In this document: positions 42,201-47,382 of the stretch, one piece after another
Layout: every line of letters starts with the position of its first letter
Position numbering within the stretch: position 1 is the stretch's first letter
Virus record (IMG/VR): IMGVR_UViG_3300048589_000279
Span: 1 to 62,380 of that record
Source: a virus
Taxonomy: Duplodnaviria; Caudoviricetes
DNA: 62,380 nt
Reading direction: 5' to 3' (one strand)
The notes under the pieces: generated by a model
Told to the model about the DNA's origin: nothing
The model's database searches: none
The model's input: the letters and a program-made list of their open reading frames with translations, nothing else
Translations under genes and position numbers: made by a program

Positions 42201-43092
42201 CCCATTGGACGATCGGCGTTCCTCCCTTGGTCAGCGGGGCGAACGTCTTGCGTTCGAACGTGAATCCCTTGTATTTCTCGCCGGTGTTGAACGCCTTGTA
42301 TTCCCGGGAGGCTTCCTTGAACTCCTGATCCACGGCATGCCACCTAGGCGCGAACGTGAGCTTTTGCTGATCGATCTGCGCCTTGCGCATCATCACCTCC
42401 TGGCCGCGCATCTTGAACTCCTCCGTCTTTTTCAGGTCGGTGACTACCTTCTTGTCCTCGCCAAGCGGCACCCGGTCATAAAGGCCGGTGACTTCGTTCT
42501 TCACCCGGGAGTAAATCTCGCCGGTTTGCGGATCGGTCTTGGTCGGCAACGGTTGCACCGACTCCTGGCCGCGGTCGTTGCGATACTTCTGCATCATCGC
42601 GTCTGGCTCTTTGGGTGCCAGTTCTCCCTCCTTCAACATCGTCGGGAAATCATGCAGCTTGCCCACCTGGCCTTGCACCAGTTGCGGGGATCCGATCGGA
42701 CCGGCATCGTATTTCAGGCTGCCGTCCGGGTGGCGAACCACGTCCGTCTTCCCGCTTTCCACGTCCACCGCGGTCTTCACGCCGGCGGCCGCGGCTTCCC
42801 GCACTGCGCGGCGCCGATCGGCTTCCGCAATGGCGGCCTGGCGCTTCTGCTCGCGTTCCTGCTCCTTGGCCATCGCCTCGGCTTCGCGTTCCTGATCCTC
42901 CGCGTTGCGCTGGTTCTGCTCCAACTGGTCGTCAATCATCCGCTGCCCGACTCGCTGCGCCCGCCAGTTGCTCGATGAACGGGCCAGAGTTTGCGCCCTC
43001 GGGTTCACCCCGGCGGTTCCCTGCCTCACTTTGTCGAGGTAGGATTGAACCTCGTCTTCCTGCGGACTCTTCCAGTTCTTGCGCGGTGCCAT
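24298..43092 (-). CDS. Giant polyvalent (DarB-like) virion/ejection protein, 6264 aa
   Basis: ParB-like VLDGGHR; zincin-like HEVGH and HELGH; EEIQSD domain; CxxC ribbon; adenine MTase FFPTP/VLEPSGG/NPPF; GNAT RGQGLG...FYKRFGF; HTH; LPD38-like C-terminus (VPFFNAGIQG, RIPRAFE). Confidence 0.9.
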   Translation of the reverse strand: MAPRKNWKSPQEDEVQSYLDKVRQGTAGVNPRAQTLARSSSNWRAQRVGQRMIDDQLEQNQRNAEDQEREAEAMAKEQEREQKRQAAIAEADRRRAVREAAAAGVKTAVDVESGKTDVVRHPDGSLKYDAGPIGSPQLVQGQVGKLHDFPTMLKEGELAPKEPDAMMQKYRNDRGQESVQPLPTKTDPQTGEIYSRVKNEVTGLYDRVPLGEDKKVVTDLKKTEEFKMRGQEVMMRKAQIDQQKLTFAPRWHAVDQEFKEASREYKAFNTGEKYKGFTFERKTFAPLTKGGTPIVQWVKRNKETGTESEATELEVATHGKALEAAKSRYVTARKKYDELRPQQEALNAADTQATMDGYKLTVDRTRHEQGLPEEDGGAADTMAAAETGTLNPEQEAAASYPLVYAPEVLDAAQARDGEMGPPSSAARPLIPQDDPAKVEAFRNAFVGIKDADSLTVGISGDGFTFIKGKNGNVGLIATDKNGLPFITVGYDKGGELRRAVDFTATTGAPIYLRDADGQRDTVAEAQYVASVFQAGQASPDDDMFRNRMRMLQATPDDIAKKVRDGTLSVQAGESLLKGIYKVSMAVPDPSTPQAFGQWLSKSDADTKHQWNTAKNQFEKNEVKAQFFREWADENEWKPGMDETLVEKMQAKVIPIPEKEFFDVADTVSAIVDAVTGLKTTPTRFRSAWAGPKRPDQYTPAEERSYAQADAYQQEMERKTAINQAAGESSSVGESFREAGPSLPFSLVTLAAYVTGKYTVGKYVTGPAGAATGSVVGSVFGPKGTAAGSAVGRTAGEELAGAAASGYAAYRMAGQSFMRDTWKDFEAEAMRTKGRPMNEAEKAEAYAILLPIAQDTGLWEAGPEAVGNAVMMGAGKFVFGSSTVKKFSKDAMKKLALKMGAAIGAAGVEVAGETATNIQQKAGQAKAEAILQGADPDQIESDWSLGGIKKSVKEVGPQTLAIVALMGGSVGGVKLAGKGINKAKEALKGTPAAPSMAGTTAPGGPPPPPPGSPPPGPGAPPPTGGGPTAGPAPGPTPGPSTGPAPGAGPTPGPTAGRGPRPGPTAGSSTGPRPGPAAGRATAPPPPPGPSGAGKQRGPKPPARFTSEQQFQNFMDQAAARGDAESARDARAMVNGAKNQKWYSAWLKKALKSTDQKTVDFAQSTFHARNNEQHDAYTAEQQARRDAEGLGKDPSQNVPGRDQGQPGRSGVSGNDPGAPAGRDDAGKPPGRDGRVTPEDIPGALTPEQVEVVDTTDPAKVAAMPPADYDLWMRENIIMDGTAPVEAIDHLPVIATALSAARDRGDTATAAILEARLAQSEKPIDPSNPDARRFNKSLTKIRARFGLTAAPAAPSSQETAPQSNEPYPQGREETRPPAQDPQSPPAETGAPGQPVRDGTGQGGTVAPGGGAPAPEEVAKPQQITAKQARLMLKPSEKEGGVDPRTRIKDGKEYVAETLPLSAITANMEGERYDSTVRDPLFRQYAERGGEFPPILVTSKPNDQGTFSVLDGGHRVSAARLRGDQSIRVIREKPTAPTGQSAPEVEKPAKPPTADKAPNPVKVAKAVQAAVESTVARLKGKVKVADGKQASGGAWMSLDGTLTISPKDIAREIKVNGWDEAKAIEVLTDLAISHEVGHFAQVELKRQEWEAIEGKKPPFAVWFNQFNAGQYAEMGGEGSGVDQAAAAIYDPTPGSPQWQALSPGQKGAEIFRMALNAKLNGETNELVREMARKGWTDAFKNMIQAAINYLKSILKDLPPSAKKHLDELEAFYKEITGKGDTKPETKPKEPAAKPETLGDIAETKPETKDRTGEKVSFTHLGTKDTGTVTDAAPDAKGRLMVRSDSLGTLLRKSPDELSPASKAAAQSKPEEASAPDAGENTPKTLNAASLNPEWLKTHRDEWIAMYAKELPYEEDYRLVDLGNGEFNIKQKLGSQWITPYSPTKDIRTLLLRGGMAETLKRAEMARIDFSSKPSQPAGEKPSPKKSRVTDTPARREAFRLLRSGDLATIDKIMGGRIQAPPTGMLKIIKGRMEEGRATQAQRELWDKWEKAGFNAYLPKTAFGTDFNGKVAQELHGMLFSQYNENTDLDDWAGLLGDKVTNDEAMIAVMAELDQVAKGKISKENDPRNPNRERTDAEIQAEEFKRANDFDFGTEEIKAGDLVEGSTITIDGEEFQVQSVEKGGQVVLQDGARFGRQVLDSGDVVYVEQPDEFEPIISTIVDAAIARGYDSVDELKEADPETYAQLLEQYGPEPEGDLGDGPAGEVPSGREAPEGGAGRGQDAAPRGNEVGGWQTRNSNLADDYKAAVQELAPLEKALQEAAAAADVSLPPGFKTIPYNEGGNDWVALQDDMGNDIRFPLTPSEASDEAWKLYDEQSGGMNVASRYRAYNNLKADPRLAELRQARDSALEAWNANGKHPLTDQFNQERSDREAAEQKQRETTAKARRTREAKKAAPAGQPVSVQDIDSAINRREQDILFVKKGQYHTPGLRPGDQEGSGRFAYMVEKGDATVAEWDKWVEQIRKENRFSDPGAPVITPEGKAAAAPGKEPNAAPAPSKGMSVEESKAYLEQRQKENILGYSPDEIMAMQQGQRVNRPVSKMDVRNTNAKELFADDGGFNLTGDKTTDGDKVAAARKAKEEAQAAMDAAQGDMFAARDSKPAETVLTQEEQDLKELEGLFSSASRSRDSGMDDLFGDNQKPTEEIKALKIQGTKSAFGAYKTLTAKRNAGKTLTAEEEQTLLEAETALGQKMAFDMAAENLAAKDKPLVEQALKEAVKPAPVLNPKITQQSLFMGEPENRGGQGSLFSSASRENPPFYSQLSRTLEAKMPKSAPVGQVLAIAKGGSKAEEFKWSGIEQAAQSLAKDGKVDKAELLEWLANEGAVRFEEVTLDPPVNNQRWSDLLDKRDAGKLTKLEAEELKRLSDQGGHPDSKFSQYTLPGGENYREVVLAMPVQTERFKNDLLRRKFKETLEADEVANYHDIAEADFLSLPKEKQFQLWKDAFGDVAIEMDALYESPERNDSYTSSHFPDVPNYVAHMRLNERDGGLFIEEIQSDRHQAGRKSGYVESATQTEGELPPGYAIREAESGLHALYHQSHGFESFVGSFRDRNQAVQKAFSDVNSSKVADAPFRTTWPLALFKRALRDAVASGKDWIGWTVGETQNDRFDLGRQVDSLNYGGSVEDGWTIQGIKDGEIITETDSTDAKLEDTVGKDVAARIRQGVGSIGNGMGSLEGVDLKVGGSGMKGFYDTMLPKEIGKYVKQWGGVVQLSKIGKPKEGTGKLTREELSQARQDAKRLIRGDMDLEEFHDEWGQTSLTYDDIPGNDPGRLSQFVTQIVDVLRAKRENDAGGIFPAWVIQITPSMKAGVEAGQALFSSASPDPNAQYSLPIKPTGLPKLMPILQSVIEKGEVKTPEDMAKFLEPIGLQPISQAVWGILEAMQGRAAEKVDWAKLYAPATDNQSLTVQPAAPVEQETPAAITQAEAAAKITKEQAKAIIAESESLKDRPIRTYEQAVAANQIHMGTRIPEWEALPFNGQTDPESGKPLQDISGLRDMKHAPTLFPTGSVIGNCEWCGKQPVKNFYHIKHGGKNWTMLVGSECISHFADITGEQMGAEARENSAKATLQSIEDARRDLAKEFRNTVDVGYGRTEQKWSSYESEDIYKALKEAAGKTTGESGRAALSRWLGGNLEAAQKALADYSDLMSKPETAKRKITRREALIRKLELDLTRPSAAKEPQYRLDQWQRLIDEAKSEIAAIKGETPAETPPVEKPEAAKPAPTRKALEEGLRQARAEQAKNPSEDKAAAIREAESLLAMADQVRKDRESAKPSEQPSDLESKPSDLAPKKSTVEPITDLLSLRKFFTNIQDGDVTADQIKAGWETFKAIEPAIHKEIAKMTMKELERFQGMRKPDNKADAVRSAMHALEGQFNPGSMLSYGGSVLSASKPGAMENSRRAAMDKAVATWTDEIIQKQAQERRDAKAARSKALENPETLDEWKQFVNRKGVTGLTGEEVAAFKAIKSDYARHDAIMARGESRLTPEQLAAYDNVRGIDRKAQEQAQAERKATVRGVKADTDTEIIETKHTKTGVPLFVVKLADRVEREVYNSLNAAAKKLGGYYSSYRVGGAVPGFQFKDRATAEQFQAITKGETVDRTEAVQERRAEKKNAAAERLSAAADRMDQAADTSLNRDRRENTPKRAKEAVHAEAAARGVKAMAETMRNLANAIESGEATHLDGVSTKTHVETLQSLSESAKRDAMRAEGLSYGEEQTRAELAPTLEQMDKAEWPYPFMDHSSMLEMVERGRTTPGAKLLAERVAKIRLYDPKKNGNGGYLTHESDIENVRELAKKTRDWKGKPVWDGIKWKFESHERLHAMGIWDIAQLRASLREFLQFRGNKTKADPIKAMERDLIGKNIPGFFPTPQTVIEDMLDIAGDLSGKHVLEPSGGKADIADAAKAAGAIVDVAETQSTLRDIISAKGHLLIGRDFMDMDPKTRGFTYGDIYMERATGKKGILRGLGEMGSERVRLEKEDGEVIGYFNLSELQGFEKRGAASGYDVVLMNPPFEDGQDMEHVQHAYDFLKPGGKLVAIMSESPFFSSTKKAQAFRDWLEAQGGTSEKLPEGSFKSAFRSTGVNTRMVVIEKPATTLQASASWPRNLYDYTYRTEANKGDVQHIVRAYNERTGMKEDRTFDTYAEAKEEMERLDDLAKPALFSSSSNYEDTMKPFRDKWEARGVENYVSENARTGNITLHQIKVPKSDRGQGLGSEFMQELTDYADSKNAAIVLSPSIDFGASSVNRLKDFYKRFGFVENKGRNKDYRISETMIRRPKSGGLFSSASPAEDARYLELAKLEEESRRDPLETPRRNHMIQAGLFDEVLDSVRQGREPKLRIGDYTEGKGSTYSEWKDNTYEDEQTYKFRITDHDRQLSSITNHKRPDFTISDGRSDVSESNGDWIDAIDWLQGRADNFTAPERIQKIIDRRGKIAELKRQVNDQNRAEESKKTNYSQIGQATQEGAAIYKKAMDLAAELQSSMGTGKYSSEERKKMNKRKIAMFNRIEEIGKSEASKNDRLYSSASMPSQDAKYLELAKDPESDSILFSSASRASDLPGDDHPVWASLPPEMRGVFRDYAAGKSMPEIAKARKLSDRAVFNIVTQMKARFAKNGVPDPTPPVSGTRPAGAAPKPASKAPETKDAGAARGGAATRMPVSPDPIGNIKKGISAPKVIKTMQGVLESIGHGVPIRVGNLKGRNSLGEYYTREHLARIKIANDIPTAAHELGHALQKGLFGNAATAFRTAGVPANAIAEMEAVGRALYGATVPTGGYVSEGFGEWFSVLVYGGNTESRAAAPRFHDWFKAQVEAVNPKLAKSIAKAQAASLTWRNQGDLERARQSVYRRPGRIVELGQKLASLDYMNDWVDTNAPIDRFVAEAIEKGRRAIPARENPALAATALRMTSTARAEFMVKSAMIDFAGNPLPGDDGRSLTEILARVRGKKTDFLIYMWAKRAVAMWNDPNGARNPGLSENDAIGIIAKIETPIFEQTAAAVSRWNDLVLDYAAAASEDYRATVQRIRAVDPGFYIPLFREFEAFDAAAKGGSSSVASGKLLDRLRGSGRRIKDPFSGMISQAADIVARAHQKRVLDQIFKIAENVPDMGNLVAEISPKMVPAAQRALGELIEEINRKLFKAGIDEIELTPEQEAMMQEIATFFAPSYDVKNGERPILAVFRGGRMRLYDVDPGLYETLSGMNAYRLAPLIDMTIGLTNRTFRIGTTGLRASFSLVTNPLRDFSTLHFNSRASANTAELFLTWMGELSKAFIYSVTGGAVRPKTIEVLERLGGKMATPLGQDMRPTERASRRLFEKTGWKIVDVRNWADYLRDLLQFPELASRATEMKLVGKDLGWKPGDAMDEETSLLLLQALKQVTTDFTAAGRYGRVANQLVPFFNAGIQGPRAHVRAFKNSYVRFISRGLGHAIVALIAWWFAKDSDWWKEMSTKMKFGFTFIPFEHNGKKELIRIPRAFEADGLFMSGTVALADAWYQEDPKQATEWMQEWFKRMIPSAMPAVADTVTEQLANRKFFFDMPIVPRGMEEMAREEQIGPYTSQVAAKLGQMTGMSPLRIDHAINGTFGGAGTDFVQLFGKPEEINRERELVDLPVLGTLFVRGGQSTMNSVSVDNLYDALDESTKLQKSRRRQENPSQRQARLMLEDAQKAIVAISKITKMEFTTNNRRELEELKTSIAREAVAAFRAERIERGRFETIRKNAERELEAREKAPKP

Positions 43093-43099
43093 GGTGCGG

Positions 43100-43136
43100 A
43101 CACTGCATGCCGATGCCCTTGGATTGAACGGGCGGG
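43100..43136 (-). promoter_or_regulatory. Late promoter: CCCGCCCGT-N22-CAGTGT-N7-ATG
   Basis: Conserved motif and spacing. Confidence 0.7.
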
Positions 43137-43150
43137 ATGCCCCGTTACGG

Positions 43151-43345
43151 TTACAGCGGAATCACCGTCGCTCCCTTTTGTTGAAGGAAAACCGCATGGT
43201 CCCGACACAGCGGGATTCCCGATCCTCTCTGCCGGTGGGTCGCCGGCGACTCGCACGCTATCCATTTCGCCTGGATCATGTGATGGCACTTGCCGCGGGC
43301 GGCATGGTTGGCTTGGCCGGCGGGTGTCGGTGTCGTGGCTCTCAT
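43151..43345 (-). CDS. Small Cys/His protein
   Basis: C...C...LCRDH pattern. Confidence 0.45.
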   Translation of the reverse strand: MRATTPTPAGQANHAARGKCHHMIQAKWIACESPATHRQRGSGIPLCRDHAVFLQQKGATVIPL

Positions 43346-43428
43346 ATTCGGGTTGGGGCGGAAAGTGGGGCCCTTTGGCATGTGCCGGACTCCGCCTAGG
43401 GCGGGTCGCCGGAACAATCGCGGGGCAT

Positions 43429-43489
43429 TGGAGCCATGCCGGGACTTTCACCCGCCGGAGGTCGATTCCGTCGCTTTGAGCGTCATGGC
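43429..43489 (-). ncRNA. 61-nt miniature tRNA-like cloverleaf ending in CCA
   Basis: GCCATG A CGCT-CAA-AGCG A CGGA-ATCGACC-TCCG G CGGG-TGAAAGT-CCCG G CATGGC T CCA. Confidence 0.6.
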
Positions 43490-43532
43490 ATTGAGGAGTG
43501 CAGGCGTAATGGCCTTTATACGACAGCCGCGT

Positions 43533-43609
43533 TCTCGCAACTGACGGGAATCGAACCCGCGTTTCCTGCTCGACGGATTCCCTACCGTCTCCATCGCAGT
43601 TCTGCAAGA
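43533..43609 (-). ncRNA. tRNA-like element with a canonical T-arm
   Basis: GCGGG-TTCGATT-CCCGT, a GACGG/CCGTC stem and a closing stem; no clear D-arm or CCA. Confidence 0.4.
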
Positions 43610-43873
43610 TCATTCCTTCCATTCTTCCCCGTCGTCTGTCGGGCGCTGGATCACCTTGCCGAGTTCGTGTGCCGTGGTTACAGCCGCATCCATTTCCAGA
43701 AACTCGCGGGCGACTCCCTGCCTTGCATACCAGTTTCCAATCCCCATCGAAACCCTTGCCGTGCATCCGTCGTCTTGCACGTAGGTTCCGAGAATCTGCA
43801 CCGAGTCGAAGTGTTCGCCAAGCTCACGGAGTATCCCGTTGACCTTTTCGGCAAGCATCTCTTCGTGAGTCAT
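43610..43873 (-). CDS. Conserved phage hypothetical protein
   Basis: LGEHFDSVQI...GNWYARQG; TTGAGT-N16-TACTCT-N6-ATG promoter. Confidence 0.75.
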   Translation of the reverse strand: MTHEEMLAEKVNGILRELGEHFDSVQILGTYVQDDGCTARVSMGIGNWYARQGVAREFLEMDAAVTTAHELGKVIQRPTDDGEEWKE

Positions 43874-44226
43874 GGAGGCAGAGTAGGAGAATCCCGTCGA
43901 GACTCAATCAAAATGGAACGCCCCAAGCCGGGTAGCTTTCCCGCACTTGGGGCGTTTGCGAGCCGTCGCACGCGCTTTAGTGGTCCAGTCCTACGGGTTT
44001 CCGAAGCATCCGACAAGCAAAAAGCCCGCCACGCGGAACCTCAGTGTCCCAGGCGGCAGGCTTTGTGACGAGTGCCATGGATTCCAACTCTCGCCGTGTT
44101 GGGGTCGAATAGGCTGTGAAGCCCCGCTGTGGCCGGTCCTATGGCTGCCGGTGGTTCCGCCGCGGTGTCTATGAACCGAAGTCCGAAGTCGCCGGCAGTG
44201 TGCGGCATCCCGCGGGCCAGGTCAAG

Positions 44227-46014
44227 TTAGAGAATCCGTCGTCTCCAACCGTTGATGTCGTCCGGATCCTGCGCTGATTCCAGCCTGTCGGCCCGATACT
44301 CCGTCGCGCAATCCAGCGTCTCCCAGGCCATCGCGGTTCCCATAACGTCGTCATCGTGGCATCCGCCGGCCGCCTCCGCCCGCCCGCTTGGAGTGGTGAT
44401 GAAAGACTTCAACTCCTCGATGACGTGCATGCACGGGATTTCCAGGTCGTAATTGCGGATGGCCGCGGCCAGGCCCTCGATGACGGAATTCCGATCCTGC
44501 TTGTCCATCAGGCGGAATCCGAACTGCTCCACCGTCTCCTTGGTCCTGTGACTCACCGGCCGGCGTTTGTAGAGCGGCACCCCGGAGGTCCGGAGTAAGC
44601 GGAGGATGTCGGTGGCCATGTTCATTTCGAGCACCGTGATGCACTTGCCGTAGTAGAATGAGAGCCTGGTTGCATCACCGGCTACCTCGTCACCGTCCGC
44701 ATAGAACGGGGCTTTGCGCCTTGCCACCAGTTTCGCCGGCCGCCAGGCATTCAGGTGTTGATCGTGGTAGCCTCGCCTCCACACGGTTACGCTGTGCCGG
44801 TCGGGATCCGCGCCGATCGTCTGGGACTCGTCCGTTGCCGGGTCGATGCTCACCAGGTAGCGCAATCCTTCCTGCGGGTGCTCGTAAATCTCGATGTTGC
44901 CGGCGCCGTCCCGACTCAGGCGGAAATGGATGTGGTCGCCATGCTGGGCGTGCAGGGTGCCAAGTTCGCAGTGCTGGTTCTTCGCCCTGGCCGCCATCTC
45001 GTTGAGGATCGCCATGTCGAACCGCGGGGCCCCGGATGCTGACCAGCAGGAAACCTCGTCCTCGGGGTAGTAGTAGTCGAAGATGCGCGGATCCCCGTTG
45101 CACACGTTCTTGATCGTCTCCCGGCGCCAGGCGATTTGCTCCATGTCCCAGCCGTATTTCTGGATACCGTCGCGCTCCCGTTGGTCGAGCGTGGACTGGA
45201 TGATTCCCCGCTCGTAATCGCTCACCGGTTTCTCCCGCCGGTGCTCCAGGAATTCCCACCAGGCCGCGAAGACCTTCACCCATTGCTCCTCGGGGCAAAT
45301 CCCCTGATCGTGCATGGCGATGAACTCCTCCAGGGACACGGCTTCGCACCAGGTCTTGTAATGCCAGCCCATCGCGCCCTCGGGCGTGGATTCCGCGATC
45401 ACAACCGTCCCGTCGCCCGAAAGGGAGGGAAGAACCGCGGTCATTGTCTTCTTGTCGTTCTTCGTCTGGGACTTCGGCCACTTGGAAACCTCCGAGAAAT
45501 GGCCGGCCTGCCGGGTGCCTCCAACCCCTGCATCCGGGTTTTCCGCGGTGTCGATCGTCCAGGACGTGCCGTTGGTCCACTCCAGGACGTTGTTGGCCGT
45601 CGGAATCAACTTCACCTTCCAGGGGAACGAGTCGGACGTGGAATACTCCTTGAGCTTGTCCATCAGTTCCGACGAGTGCTGCTTTTTGTCGGAAATCGTG
45701 ATCCCCTCGATGGGTTGGTTCATCCCGTGGTGGTAAACGACATGGCTGGCGAAGCTGGAGCATCCCGTCTGCCGGGGCTTCACCGCAATTAGGCGGATCT
45801 TCACGCCCATCGCCCTGAGCGTCTCATACGCCTCCGACATCCGCAGTTGCAGGATATTTGGAATCGGCTGCTCCTTGACGTTCTCCTTGTTGCGGATCGT
45901 GCAGTAGCAGGCGAAATGCACCGCGGGGCTCCGGATGGCCAGCAATTCGATTTCCTGTGGCGTCTTCCCTGCCAGCGTGTCCCGGAAGGCTTCAATCAGC
46001 GGATCAACCGTCAT
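44227..46014 (-). CDS. terL: Terminase large subunit
   Basis: VKPRQTGCSS (Walker A), HFSEV, IAESTPEG, IDPA, HDDDVM nuclease motif. Confidence 0.93.
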   Translation of the reverse strand: MTVDPLIEAFRDTLAGKTPQEIELLAIRSPAVHFACYCTIRNKENVKEQPIPNILQLRMSEAYETLRAMGVKIRLIAVKPRQTGCSSFASHVVYHHGMNQPIEGITISDKKQHSSELMDKLKEYSTSDSFPWKVKLIPTANNVLEWTNGTSWTIDTAENPDAGVGGTRQAGHFSEVSKWPKSQTKNDKKTMTAVLPSLSGDGTVVIAESTPEGAMGWHYKTWCEAVSLEEFIAMHDQGICPEEQWVKVFAAWWEFLEHRREKPVSDYERGIIQSTLDQRERDGIQKYGWDMEQIAWRRETIKNVCNGDPRIFDYYYPEDEVSCWSASGAPRFDMAILNEMAARAKNQHCELGTLHAQHGDHIHFRLSRDGAGNIEIYEHPQEGLRYLVSIDPATDESQTIGADPDRHSVTVWRRGYHDQHLNAWRPAKLVARRKAPFYADGDEVAGDATRLSFYYGKCITVLEMNMATDILRLLRTSGVPLYKRRPVSHRTKETVEQFGFRLMDKQDRNSVIEGLAAAIRNYDLEIPCMHVIEELKSFITTPSGRAEAAGGCHDDDVMGTAMAWETLDCATEYRADRLESAQDPDDINGWRRRIL

Positions 46015-46020
46015 GCCGCG

Positions 46021-46056
46021 ACTCTAGGCCGCCGGCTGGGCCTTTATACGGGCGGG
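46021..46056 (-). promoter_or_regulatory. Late promoter: CCCGCCCGT-N21-TAGAGT-N6-ATG
   Basis: Conserved motif and spacing. Confidence 0.7.
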
Positions 46057-46060
46057 ATGG

Positions 46061-46492
46061 TCACTTCCTGCCGGAGAACCGGTTGAGCCCGCTCACGACC
46101 GTCTCCGCGCGTTTCTGGAGGGCTTCCAGCGTGTTGTCGCCAGTCTCGATGGTGACTTTCTCCGGTTCGTAATGGCCGGCGAGCTTGGCATCCTCGCTGG
46201 CCGCCCTGATTCGATCGACCTTTGATGCCTTCTTGTCCCGGGCGATTTCCGCCATGATCCGGCGCTTCTCGTCCCGGCTCATCAGCTTCTCTTTCGTCAC
46301 CGGCGCCATCAGCTTTTCGATCCTTTGGATGATGTCCACCTTAGCGGCAAGCCTGGATCCGAGCTTGCGGGCTTCTCTGCGCGCGACATTGAACCCGGCA
46401 TCGAGGTAAGCATCAGTGCTGCTTCTGCCGGCAGCCTTAGCCACGCAAAAGCGTTCGTGCCTTACGTTCAAGGGTTTAGGTTTTGCGGGCAT
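46061..46492 (-). CDS. terS: Terminase small subunit
   Basis: LNVRHERFC...STDAYLDAGF...GSRL...I.QRI; adjacent to terL. Confidence 0.85.
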   Translation of the reverse strand: MPAKPKPLNVRHERFCVAKAAGRSSTDAYLDAGFNVARREARKLGSRLAAKVDIIQRIEKLMAPVTKEKLMSRDEKRRIMAEIARDKKASKVDRIRAASEDAKLAGHYEPEKVTIETGDNTLEALQKRAETVVSGLNRFSGRK

Positions 46493-46956
46493 GGGTGTTG
46501 GGTATCATGGGATGGGGTTGGGAGTCAATGGGGTTTTGGGGAGCGGATTGTGTAACGGAGCGGCGTTTGGCCTTTCGTTCTCGTTTCCGTTGGGCCGCGG
46601 CGATTCGGGCGAGGTCTTCGGGGGTTTTCTCACGGTTTGGGTCGTTGCGCTCGGCCGCGGCGGATCTTCCTCCGCCCATGCCATACATTGCGTATCCGGT
46701 AAGCATGGTTGCGATGGTGAGGAGTTGTAGAGGGCTCGGTTTCATGGCTGGAATTTCCCGGAGTATCGGTGGGGCCCCTGGTGGCCGGCGTGGAGCTTGC
46801 AGCCTCGGCCTGGCGGGCAGGCCATGCCGCGGTGATCGCACTGGACCGGTTGGGGCGGGATGACGACGATTCGCGCACTGGTTGGAATCCGGTAGCCAAG
46901 AGAGGCTTCCACGGATTTCAAGACTGCCGGCGTGATTTGGATGTTGGTGGGGTGAT

Positions 46957-47322
46957 TCATGCTGTTTTGGTTCCAGCCAGGTAGCCTCTCAAATGAACCA
47001 TAATCCATGTGAGTCCGACGGATTTTGAGGATTTGCCGCTTGTGGAGTGCATCGTGACCTGATTCAGCCGCTTGCCGATCCGCAGCGTCCATGCCCAAAC
47101 TTTCCCCGTGGAGAAATTAGTGATGCGGATTCCCCACACGGGATCACCCTGTTTGCGGGGAAGATTCTGGATCTCGATTTCCGCAAGCTCGCGGATGCGG
47201 GCGGGCATCTCCGCATCGCGGCGGGCACGGTCGGCGGACCATCTGGCTTTATTGGCCCGCTTGGAACTCTCAGAAGTCCAAGAGGTTCCGCGAGCTTTGC
47301 GGATGCGTCGATACCTTGGCAT
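46957..47322 (-). CDS. Basic hypothetical protein
   Basis: ORF from ATG 47322 with upstream AAGGAG. Confidence 0.55.
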   Translation of the reverse strand: MPRYRRIRKARGTSWTSESSKRANKARWSADRARRDAEMPARIRELAEIEIQNLPRKQGDPVWGIRITNFSTGKVWAWTLRIGKRLNQVTMHSTSGKSSKSVGLTWIMVHLRGYLAGTKTA

Positions 47323-47326
47323 GGTG

Positions 47327-47346
47327 GTTATAACTCCTTGTTCCAC
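47327..47346 (+). mobile_element. Candidate array entry site (attI-like simple site)
   Basis: GTTATAAC-tcctt-GTTCCAC; GTTCCACC is complementary to GGTGGAAC at R'' of site A. Confidence 0.5.
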
Positions 47347-47382
47347 CAAAGAGGGATCGGACCTCTCCGGTGGTGTTTCGCG

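Noticed and set aside
43026-44068. Track ORFs 43026..43766 and 43436..44068
   Set aside because: They have non-protein-like composition and overlap better-supported small genes and RNA structures
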